Source: a virus (lineage: Duplodnaviria > Caudoviricetes). Taken from it: a stretch of DNA of 31,321 nt. The translations under genes were made by a program, and so were the position numbers. The notes below the pieces were generated by a model. That model was not told where the DNA came from. It searched no databases and saw only the letters and a list, made by a program, of their open reading frames with translations. The stretch spans positions 1-31,321 of IMG/VR virus record IMGVR_UViG_3300042465_006598. One strand, written 5' to 3'. Shown here piece by piece: positions 17,112-25,088 of the stretch (within the stretch, counting starts at the first letter, position 1; each line of letters opens with the position of its first letter).

Positions 17112-18764
17112 TTAACTTTCGCAACTAGAACATGTCAAAATTGATCTAGCTAAATCTTGTGAAGGGTTAGAACTTCTTTGATAGTAAAGAGATTTGATAC
17201 CTTGTTGCCAAGCAAAGATCATCAGTTCATTAATTTCTTTTGGTTTCGTGCCAGCAGGAATCATCAAATTGAGAGATTGCCCTTGATCAATATGAGTTTG
17301 TCTTTGAGCAGCATGAATGATAACTTCTTTCTGAGAAAGCTCAGCAAAAGTTTTGAAAACATTCTTTTCGTGTTCTGTAAAGAAATCAAGATGATTAACG
17401 CTGCCACCATGAATCAAAATGCTTTTCCATGTTTTTTTATCATTTTTACCTTTTGATTCCAAAACTTCTTCAAGTTTAGGATTGCGGAAAGTAAATTGAC
17501 CCTTAGCAAGGTTCTTGACAAAATAGTTGCTGTTAAGAGGTTCGATACTTGGACTTACTTGCCCCAAAATAAAGCTGGAGCTTGTAGTTGGAGCGATAGC
17601 AAGAGTTGTCGTATTGCGACGACCGTAACCCTTTAATACCTCTGGCTCACCAAACATCGTAGCCAACTCTTCCGAAGTTTTGTCAGCACGTTTACGAATT
17701 TCTGAAAAAATTGCAATGTTCTCAAAATGAGCGTCCATGCTTTCCCATGCAATCATTTTAGATTGAAGATAGCTGTGATAGCCAAGAACGCCCATTCCTA
17801 ATGCACGATGATTCTTAGCGAACTTATGCGCAGCTTCCATCAAGCGATTGTCTTTGGTTTTTTCAATGAACTCTGTCATAACAGCATCTAAGAACATCAC
17901 CATTGTTTCAACAGCATCTGTTTTTTCGATTTCATCCCACCAAAGCAAATTCAAAGAAGAAAGGCAACAAACAAACGATTCATCTTTTGATGACGGAAGA
18001 AAAATTTCGGAGCAGAGATTGCTTGCATTGATTTTATATTCTTTATCTTTATAAACCTGCGGTGCTTGATTATTCGCATTATCTGTGAAGAAGATATAAG
18101 GATAACCAGTTTCAGATCTTTTCTTGATGACAGATCCCCATCTGCGTCTCTTATCTTTGTCTCCGTCAATCATTGACTGCATCCAACCCTCTGGAATTGT
18201 AACGCCAATAGACATCTCTTGAATAGAATGCCCATCAGAGCGTATCTTCATGAACTCATCGAAGTCGCCATGATCAATTGGCAGATAAGCTGCAAAGCTA
18301 CCCCTACGAGCGCTGCCCTGACTAACGATCTTCGCTACGTTATCAAACAGCTCCATGCATCGGACAGCGCCTTCTGCGACACCACCAGTAGAGATCTTAG
18401 AACCCCTTGAACGAATATCTCCAAAATATCCAGAAGTTCCGCCACCAACTTTAGTCATCATTCCCACTTCCGCTTGTTTAGTTAGAAATGCTTCGATGCT
18501 ATCCGATATGTGACTATTGAAACAAGAAATTGGATTTCCCCTTTCGTTTCCAAAGTTCATCCATACAGGGGTGGATAAGCTGTAAAAGCCGCGAGACATG
18601 TAATCAATGAACTTATTAGCAAAGCCTTTTACGCCAAGAATCTTCTGCGCTGTTTTAGCAATCTCTTCAATTCTCTCAATAGGGGATTGCCCCTCTCCGA
18701 GATAACCTTGCTCCAAAAATTTAATAGAGTCTTCATTTAACCAGTAGTATTTTTCTTTTGTCAT
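17112..18764 (-). CDS. nrdA: Ribonucleotide reductase class I large subunit, short form without ATP cone
   Basis: PISCF, GGGTSG, QGSARRG, SNLCSEI (NxCxE), FVCCLSSLN, IAPTTSSS, KSLYYQRS, C-terminal CSSCES. Confidence 0.96.
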   Translation of the reverse strand: MTKEKYYWLNEDSIKFLEQGYLGEGQSPIERIEEIAKTAQKILGVKGFANKFIDYMSRGFYSLSTPVWMNFGNERGNPISCFNSHISDSIEAFLTKQAEVGMMTKVGGGTSGYFGDIRSRGSKISTGGVAEGAVRCMELFDNVAKIVSQGSARRGSFAAYLPIDHGDFDEFMKIRSDGHSIQEMSIGVTIPEGWMQSMIDGDKDKRRRWGSVIKKRSETGYPYIFFTDNANNQAPQVYKDKEYKINASNLCSEIFLPSSKDESFVCCLSSLNLLWWDEIEKTDAVETMVMFLDAVMTEFIEKTKDNRLMEAAHKFAKNHRALGMGVLGYHSYLQSKMIAWESMDAHFENIAIFSEIRKRADKTSEELATMFGEPEVLKGYGRRNTTTLAIAPTTSSSFILGQVSPSIEPLNSNYFVKNLAKGQFTFRNPKLEEVLESKGKNDKKTWKSILIHGGSVNHLDFFTEHEKNVFKTFAELSQKEVIIHAAQRQTHIDQGQSLNLMIPAGTKPKEINELMIFAWQQGIKSLYYQRSSNPSQDLARSILTCSSCES

Positions 18765-18767
18765 ATA

Positions 18768-19739
18768 TTAAAACAGTTCTTCTTCGTCGTAGGATTGTGA
18801 GTTTTTGGCATATTCTACGGGTCTAGAATGAAAAAAGTCAGTTTGATTTGGTGCGAGAACTTGCTCATCAAACCAAAAAGTTTCATCGAGAAGGGTGTTA
18901 TCAATTTCAAACACTTGTTTAAAACCAATTCCAGACAATGATTCATTGATTCTATTTTTAATGAACTCTTTTAAAACGGGGGCAGAAAGACCATCTTCTT
19001 GAGTGCCATTGACCATCCAGTCAATAATTTTGCTTTCTGCGATAAAAGCTTGCTCTGCTTCATGAGCAATACGATCTTGTAATTCTTGATCAAAAAGTTC
19101 AGGATATTCTTCGCGAATAGTGTGAATAATTTGCATACCGACCATTGCGTGAATAGCTTCTTCGTTACGTGTGTAGCGAACTTGTTGGTCAGTATCTTTG
19201 AGGACGTTCTTGTTCTTAGCGAACCAGTTGATAACGTAAAACTGACTGAACAAAGAAACATTCTCAACAAAAAGAGTGAACAAAATTAAAGCGTAAAGAT
19301 ACTGCTTTTTCGAGTCTTTATAAAAACGATGGGTATATTTTTTAAGATACTTTACTCGACCTTGAATCCATTCGAGCTTGAGGTTTTCCTCAAAAACATC
19401 CTCCATATCTAATTCACGCAAAAGACGTTCATAGGCATTATTATGGATCACTTCGACGTTCGCCATTACAAAGCCTAAATCAGAAAGCGAAGGGTGCGGA
19501 AGGTTATCTCCGAGCTTAGCCCAGAATGTTTTAACGGCGACTTCAATCTGCCCAATTGCAGAAAGTGTTCTGACAATAATTTCGCGTTCTTTATCGTTAA
19601 GTACGGTTTTAAACTGATGAAAATCGGTTTTAAAAGTAAATTCTTTATCTGTCCAAAAGCCTTGATGCATTGCATCAATAAATTGTTCAGTCCATGGATA
19701 TTTATTCGGCTTACGGGAGATTTGTTCTTCAAAGATCAT
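18768..19739 (-). CDS. nrdB: Ribonucleotide reductase class I small subunit (class Id/NrdBi-like)
   Basis: AIGQIEVAVKTFW, VEVIHNNAY, VENVSLFSQF, NEEAIH, DFFHSRPVEY. Confidence 0.95.
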   Translation of the reverse strand: MIFEEQISRKPNKYPWTEQFIDAMHQGFWTDKEFTFKTDFHQFKTVLNDKEREIIVRTLSAIGQIEVAVKTFWAKLGDNLPHPSLSDLGFVMANVEVIHNNAYERLLRELDMEDVFEENLKLEWIQGRVKYLKKYTHRFYKDSKKQYLYALILFTLFVENVSLFSQFYVINWFAKNKNVLKDTDQQVRYTRNEEAIHAMVGMQIIHTIREEYPELFDQELQDRIAHEAEQAFIAESKIIDWMVNGTQEDGLSAPVLKEFIKNRINESLSGIGFKQVFEIDNTLLDETFWFDEQVLAPNQTDFFHSRPVEYAKNSQSYDEEELF

Positions 19740-19783
19740 TGCTAATATGGTTACACCCTAAGTTTAATTTAACCCAATGTCAA
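19740..19783 (-). promoter_or_regulatory. Promoter region of nrdB-nrdA
   Basis: TTGACA (19783-19778)-N17-TAGGGT, overlapping GTGTAA (19756-19751), 11 nt before the ATG. Confidence 0.5.
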
Positions 19784-19807
19784 CAGAAAATTTTAATATT
19801 TTTTTTC

Positions 19808-19835
19808 TTGACAAGTAGATTTTTGTATTTATAAT
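19808..19835 (+). promoter_or_regulatory. Perfect-consensus sigma70-type promoter with no ORF directly downstream
   Basis: TTGACA (19808-19813)-N16-TATAAT (19830-19835), preceded by an AT-rich tract. Confidence 0.75.
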
Positions 19836-19843
19836 GAATACGT

Positions 19844-20114
19844 AGTACTTTGCGATCTAAAACTAAAGCTTTTGTCAAGTCTATAACGTATACTTTAATC
19901 AATAACTATTGTATAGTAGTATAACTTGACGCTTACCTATACGTATACGCTTATCTACAACTCCCCGCCGAAAACTAAAGCTTTCGATTACCTAAACGTC
20001 TAGCGTAAAGTAATTACTAATCATTTTAATAAATTAATTTTTCGAAAAGTTATTCTATACGCTTGCGTTTTTTCATATCGTAAAGTAATGTGAAATTAAT
20101 TTATTCGAATAAAT
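19844..20114. repeat. Non-coding region with direct repeats and palindromes (candidate origin or ncRNA)
   Basis: AAAACTAAAGCTTT at 19859 and 19971; TATACGCTT at 19944 and 20056 (both pairs 112 bp apart); CGTAAAGTAAT at 20004 and 20079; AAATTAATTT at 20031 and 20093; perfect palindrome ATTTATTCGAATAAAT at 20099-20114. Confidence 0.7.
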
Positions 20115-20124
20115 AAAAAAGATC

Positions 20125-20160
20125 TTGACAAAGCTTGATTTTAGTATAAATTGATTACGT
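20125..20160 (+). promoter_or_regulatory. Sigma70-type promoter, predicted leaderless transcript of the dut-kinase-sigma-ssb operon
   Basis: TTGACA (20125-20130)-N16-TAAATT-N8-ATG(20161). Confidence 0.72.
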
Positions 20161-20463
20161 ATGAAAGATAAAAAAACAACACAATCGTATATCTGTTCTA
20201 GTGCAGATTGGGATTGTCTTATCGAGTCTGCTGAGTCACCAATGGAAGCAGCGACAGCGGCTTTAAATCGACAAGTGAACTCTCCATCCGATGGTTTCTC
20301 TGTAGGTGCTACAATAGAAGTTATCCCCGTGAAATTGAATAAAAAACAATCAGAATTTATTTACGCACCTTTTGTATTGGCGGATATCGGAATGCATAAA
20401 TTTGCTAAAGATCTTGCCGAAAGAATCGGTCCTTTAGAAAATAATCTAAATAACAAAAACTAA
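20161..20463 (+). CDS. Hypothetical protein
   Basis: 100-aa ORF, TAATG-coupled to dut, promoter immediately upstream. Confidence 0.75.
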   Translation: MKDKKTTQSYICSSADWDCLIESAESPMEAATAALNRQVNSPSDGFSVGATIEVIPVKLNKKQSEFIYAPFVLADIGMHKFAKDLAERIGPLENNLNNKN

Positions 20464-20957
20464 TGAAATTATCAATTAATTCCTTTGATTACTTTAATAC
20501 GCCAGCGAAAATTGGTGATGCTGGTTTTGATGTGATTGCTAATAGTGATCCCGTCATTGTCGGAACTCAGGCGTTTGGACCTTATTGGTCTAAAATAGAT
20601 TATATCGAATATGACACTGGGCTTCAAATCGCACCAGAAGAAGGCTATCATACACTTGCTATTGCAAGAAGCTCTATTTCTAAAACAAATTTATTTTTGC
20701 GCAACTCTATCGGTCTAATTGACAATGGTTACAGGGGGACGATTAAATTTAGATTCGGTTATATTACTCATCCTGGAGACATGACAATTGCGGGTGGCAA
20801 TTTACTTTTTGAAGTTAGCGATAATAAAATTTATAAGAAAGGTGATCGTATCGGTCAGTTAATTTTCTCTAAGACAATCGAGCCTACAGAATTGATAATC
20901 GGAATGTTAGATGAAACGGAAAGAGGGAATGGGGGCTTTGGAAGTACAGGATTATGA
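20463..20957 (+). CDS. dut: Trimeric dUTPase
   Basis: All five motifs: DAGFDV, ARSSISK, GLIDNGYRG, GDRIGQL, ERGNGGFGSTG. Confidence 0.96.
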   Translation: MKLSINSFDYFNTPAKIGDAGFDVIANSDPVIVGTQAFGPYWSKIDYIEYDTGLQIAPEEGYHTLAIARSSISKTNLFLRNSIGLIDNGYRGTIKFRFGYITHPGDMTIAGGNLLFEVSDNKIYKKGDRIGQLIFSKTIEPTELIIGMLDETERGNGGFGSTGL

Positions 20958-21556
20958 TAGACGAACCTAAAACAATTATCGGAATTTGTGGCAACGCTCG
21001 CTGCGGCAAAGATACTATGGCAGAGCTAATTCAAGAAGTTCTTGCCGATATTGGTATCAAAAGTAAAAAGATTAATCTTGCTGATTCATTGAAAGATGAA
21101 CTACGAGACTTTGTAGATCAAACTTTAGGCATTGACGTTTATACTAACAATACGGAAGAGAAAAATATAATTAGACCTCTTCTTGTCACTTGGGGAACTC
21201 ACGTTCGCCGCAAGCTTGATGAAAATATTTGGCTCAAAAAAGCCGTAGAAAAAATGAAAGATGAATGCGTCTACATTGTTCCAGATATTCGCTATCCAAA
21301 TGAAATGGATTGGTTGAGGCAGCACAATAGCTATTGTATCTTTATCGACAGAATTGATGGAGATATCTTGATACCACCAGCAAATGATGACGAAGCTTCA
21401 AATAATCCAATTCTCAAAGCAAGCTCAGACTTCCAGCTTACTTGGCAAACTGTTGGCGACGAAAACAAAAAAATGCTAAAGCAAATCGCTATCGAAGTAA
21501 TTGAGAAAACCGTTGACGATGAACAAATTAAATTATGGACACAGACATTTCATTGA
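20954..21556 (+). CDS. Deoxynucleoside monophosphate kinase (phage P-loop type)
   Basis: IIGICGNARCGKDT, LADSLKD, RPLLVTWGT..RR, IVPDIRYPNE. Confidence 0.85.
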   Translation: MIDEPKTIIGICGNARCGKDTMAELIQEVLADIGIKSKKINLADSLKDELRDFVDQTLGIDVYTNNTEEKNIIRPLLVTWGTHVRRKLDENIWLKKAVEKMKDECVYIVPDIRYPNEMDWLRQHNSYCIFIDRIDGDILIPPANDDEASNNPILKASSDFQLTWQTVGDENKKMLKQIAIEVIEKTVDDEQIKLWTQTFH

Positions 21557-22104
21557 TTGAAAAAATAAAACAAGATAACGATAGTGAAAGCCTTAAATGT
21601 CTAATCGACAAGCATTCTGGAATTTATATCGACACCGTTAGTAAAACAATAGGTAGAGCATCATTTTTTATTGATAAAAACGAAATTATTGAGGAAAAAG
21701 ATTATTACATTTATTCTGCTGCTTTAAAATTTGATCCAGAGCGAAATGTGAAATTCTCGACGTATCTTGCGAATGAAACTCGCTGGCGCTGTCTCAATAT
21801 TTACAACAAGCAAAAGAAATTTCAACGCGAATCTCTTGATGAGAATTTCGATCAATGCCCCGATAATTCATTTTTCTTAGATCAAATTCAAACACAAGAA
21901 TCTCTTGCGATGGTTATCCAAATGGCTAAAGATCAAAAAGACGAAAGAATCAAAAAAATTATTGACATGCGCTATGGATTGACTTACAATAAGCCACATG
22001 GATGGAAAGAAGTCGCTCAATGTTTGAAAATGTCTATACAAGGCTGCATCGACATACACGACAAATTCATCAATAAAATTAAAAGAATTATACAAAATGC
22101 ATAA
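21535..22104 (+). CDS. Phage-encoded sigma70-family sigma factor (regions 2 and 4 only)
   Basis: AALKFDPERNVKFSTYLANETRW (region 2.2-2.4); KKIIDMRYGL...WKEVAQCLKMS (region 4 HTH). Confidence 0.88.
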   Translation: MDTDISLIEKIKQDNDSESLKCLIDKHSGIYIDTVSKTIGRASFFIDKNEIIEEKDYYIYSAALKFDPERNVKFSTYLANETRWRCLNIYNKQKKFQRESLDENFDQCPDNSFFLDQIQTQESLAMVIQMAKDQKDERIKKIIDMRYGLTYNKPHGWKEVAQCLKMSIQGCIDIHDKFINKIKRIIQNA

Positions 22105-22492
22105 TACAATCGTAGGAATAGGACATCTGGTGGCTGACCCCGCCTCTCAATCAACCTCAACTGGTAAATCTATTTGCCGTATGAGAATGTGTATCTCAGA
22201 CTCTAACTCAAAAAACAAATGTTTCATTGACATTGAGTGCTGGGAAAAACTCGGAGAAACTTGCCAACAATACCTTACTAAAGGTCGTCAAATTTACTTT
22301 GAAGGTGAGCTTAGCTCAAGCAGTTGGAAAGATAAAGAAGGAGTTGAAAAAACTAAAAACTTTATTCGCGGAAATAAAATCAAATTCCTCAGTAATGGCG
22401 GTGGTAAAAAAGATGAAGACGACAAGTCAGCAAAGCCATCTTCAAAGCCACAAACATCTGACGAAAACGGCGACGACGATATTCCATTTTGA
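22097..22492 (+). CDS. ssb: Single-stranded DNA-binding protein
   Basis: GHLVADP, FIDIECWEKLGE, YLTKGRQIYFEGEL, acidic tail DDDIPF. Confidence 0.95.
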   Translation: MHNTIVGIGHLVADPASQSTSTGKSICRMRMCISDSNSKNKCFIDIECWEKLGETCQQYLTKGRQIYFEGELSSSSWKDKEGVEKTKNFIRGNKIKFLSNGGGKKDEDDKSAKPSSKPQTSDENGDDDIPF

Positions 22493-23580
22493 TTGATATG
22501 AAAAGCCTAATAGTAGAAGCTCCTATTAATTCCCTTAGCTTTGGAAATGTTTCTGTTAACATTCTTCGGGAGTTTTATAAATTGAATCTTAATATCGGGC
22601 TTTTCCCAGTTGGAAATGTTGATCTATCTACTTTTGGAATTTCAGAAGATTTCAAACAGTATTTACAAAAAGCGATTGATAATCGTTACTCTGTGCTTTC
22701 AGAAAAATCTCCATCATTAAAGTTATGGCACTTTAGTGGTGGAGAAGATCGCAAGTCTCATTGTCAAAATCTTTTTACATTTTATGAATGCAGTGAGCCT
22801 ACTGATATGGAAGTTGCTATTGCCAAATCACAAGATAAGGTAATTGTCACTTCTAATTATGCACTGGATTTGTTTAAACAAAAAGGGTGTGATAACTTTA
22901 TTTTCGCGCCTCTTGGATTCGATCAAGACTTTCATAGAACCGACCGCACATACCTAAAAGACGTAACTCATTTTGGATTAATGGGTAAGTTTGAGAAAAG
23001 GAAAAACACTGGTGGCATTATTAAAGCTTGGTTAGAAAAGTATGGAAACAACAATAAGTATCAACTTTCTTGTTGTATTACAAACCCATTCTTCAAGCCA
23101 GAGCAAATGAACGAAATCATCAATGGTGTTCTTGAAGGTAAGAGGTATTCGAATATTAATTTTCTTCCTTATCTAAAAACTAATCAAGAAGTCAATGAAC
23201 TGCTTAATGCAATTGATATTGATCTTACTGGATTAAGTTACGCTGAAGGTTGGAATCTGCCGAGCTTTAACGCAACGTGTCTTGGTAAGTGGTCTATTGT
23301 TTCTAACGCTACATCTCATAAAGATTGGGCAACCGAAGAAAACTCAATTCTCGTAGAATGTGATTCTCATATTGATAGTCACGATGGAGCGTTCTTTCTT
23401 TCTGGTCAAAGCTTTAATCAAGGAAGCTTTCCAAGCTATTCTGAAAAAGCAATGTTAGAAGCTTTTGAAAAAGCTGAAAAACGCCTTGCAGAACAACCTA
23501 TCAACACAGCTGGAATTAAATTGGGCGAGCAAATGACTTACGCTGTTACTGCACAGAGAATTCTTGAATCATTCGCATAA
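22489..23580 (+). CDS. Glycosyltransferase, GT-B fold (GT4-like)
   Basis: VIVTSNY, PLGFD, MGKFEKRKN, SYAEGWNLPSFNATCLGK. Start is TTG 22489 or ATG 22498. Confidence 0.85.
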   Translation: MIDMKSLIVEAPINSLSFGNVSVNILREFYKLNLNIGLFPVGNVDLSTFGISEDFKQYLQKAIDNRYSVLSEKSPSLKLWHFSGGEDRKSHCQNLFTFYECSEPTDMEVAIAKSQDKVIVTSNYALDLFKQKGCDNFIFAPLGFDQDFHRTDRTYLKDVTHFGLMGKFEKRKNTGGIIKAWLEKYGNNNKYQLSCCITNPFFKPEQMNEIINGVLEGKRYSNINFLPYLKTNQEVNELLNAIDIDLTGLSYAEGWNLPSFNATCLGKWSIVSNATSHKDWATEENSILVECDSHIDSHDGAFFLSGQSFNQGSFPSYSEKAMLEAFEKAEKRLAEQPINTAGIKLGEQMTYAVTAQRILESFA

Positions 23581-23975
23581 TGCCTCTCTATGGTTACATA
23601 AATTCTGAAACTGAAGAGTACATTGAGATCTTCCAAACAATGAGTGAAGTTCATGAATACTTTGGAGAAAACGGTGATGAAACTACTTGGAAAAGAATTT
23701 TTACTGTTCCCAATGCTTCTTTTGATTCAAAAATTGATCCATTTAAGACGAGCGACTTTGTTAGAAAAACTGGCAATAAAAAAGGAACATATGGAGACTT
23801 GATAGATAAAAGCGCGGAGCTTAGTCATCAAAGAGCGGAAATGGCTGGTGGCGTAGATCCAGTAAAACAACAGTATTATAAAGACTACTCCGAAAAGCGT
23901 AAAGGAGCAAAGCATCCATCTCAAATGAAATCGTTTGAGAGCAGGAATATCAGTGTTGATTTCGGAAGCAAATAA
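23580..23975 (+). CDS. FmdB-like ribbon protein lacking the CxxC cysteines
   Basis: MPLYGY...EEYIEIFQTMSE...WKRIFTVPN follows the FmdB pattern (MPxYxY...xE...M...xxRxxSxP) but contains no Cys. Confidence 0.6.
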   Translation: MPLYGYINSETEEYIEIFQTMSEVHEYFGENGDETTWKRIFTVPNASFDSKIDPFKTSDFVRKTGNKKGTYGDLIDKSAELSHQRAEMAGGVDPVKQQYYKDYSEKRKGAKHPSQMKSFESRNISVDFGSK

Positions 23976-25088
23976 TTACAATCTTCTCATTGAGAATCCA
24001 GAAGCTTCAGTAACTTCAACTGAATAATTTGCAGTAAATTCTAATCTGTTGTTTACTGGCATCGAGTATGAAAAAGAATTAACTTTTGCATCACGTATCT
24101 GAAATTGACCAGATGCAGTTTTTTGAGTATCGCTAAATGTAATATCGAAGTTATAGCTTTTTTCTGATTGATTTAATAAATGCACGTTACCAGTAGAAAA
24201 ATCTTCCACTAGAACGCTAACATCGACTGATGCTCTTACTGGGAATTGCAGTTTTCTTCCATACACATGATTACTTCCTAAGCCATATAAATCTGTTCTT
24301 TCAAATGGTACTGAAAGATTTACAGATTGAATAATAGCTCCGCTGACAAGAGTTGCCCCACCCATCTGTAGATTTTCAAGCTGTGCTGACACATTTTGAG
24401 GAGATACCACTGGCAAACGATAAACATTTGGTTGGTTAGTTGTGAATTGAGTTGCATATCCAGATAGCGTATTTTTTAAATTGCTAAAATCTAAAAAACC
24501 AGATCCACTATTATTTCCTGATACAAGATTGATTGCTGGAATACTGACTATAGATCCAGTCATATTTGTGATTTGCAAATTGGATGCGTCGAATGAAGTT
24601 GACACTGTTGGTAGAGATCCTACTTGAAATCCTACTGAATAATTTTTCAAAAAACAATTTCCGATTGATGCGCATGTCATTCCGCTAAAATTTGTTCGTG
24701 GCGAAACTCCTGTGAAATTTTTCAATATGTCATTACCATTTTCATCATTTATAATCAAATAAAAATTCTGATCCCTATTCGACATGCCAGAAGCTAATGA
24801 TTTTCCAGATCCAGTTGCGGTAAGAGCTAATCCAAAAAGATACTCATTTACTAATTGCGGCGAGAAAATATAATTAACATCAATAGAAACATTAGGAGAT
24901 CTAACTACCGAATCAACTGCATATTTTTGTGATCCTACCTGCTTAGACGTTTGTCTATCAATTGATACGGAAATGTCAGAGCCTTGAACTAAAGGCACAA
25001 AATAACCACTTTGTTCTACCGTAGTCCAAGCGGGAGTCGGAGAAGTAGCTAGTATTGCTGAGTTGCTTTTTAATATGAATTTGCTCAT
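23976..25088 (-). CDS. Tail tube-like structural protein with internal duplication
   Basis: S/T/G/V-rich; repeated motif VQGSDISVSIDRQTSKQVGS and IQSVNLSVPFERTDLYGLGS; downstream of the tape measure gene. Confidence 0.6.
   Translation of the reverse strand: MSKFILKSNSAILATSPTPAWTTVEQSGYFVPLVQGSDISVSIDRQTSKQVGSQKYAVDSVVRSPNVSIDVNYIFSPQLVNEYLFGLALTATGSGKSLASGMSNRDQNFYLIINDENGNDILKNFTGVSPRTNFSGMTCASIGNCFLKNYSVGFQVGSLPTVSTSFDASNLQITNMTGSIVSIPAINLVSGNNSGSGFLDFSNLKNTLSGYATQFTTNQPNVYRLPVVSPQNVSAQLENLQMGGATLVSGAIIQSVNLSVPFERTDLYGLGSNHVYGRKLQFPVRASVDVSVLVEDFSTGNVHLLNQSEKSYNFDITFSDTQKTASGQFQIRDAKVNSFSYSMPVNNRLEFTANYSVEVTEASGFSMRRL

Noticed and set aside
19873-19931. Extra -35-like hexamers (minus-strand TTGACA at 19878-19873; plus-strand TTGACG at 19926)
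   Set aside because: No TAnnnT box at 16-18 nt; better explained as the two arms of an inverted repeat.
19844-20114. CRISPR mini-array (given the Cas4-like gene) or tRNA in the intergenic region
   Set aside because: Repeats are only 9-14 bp, occur twice each and are not regularly interspaced; no cloverleaf or T-loop consensus.
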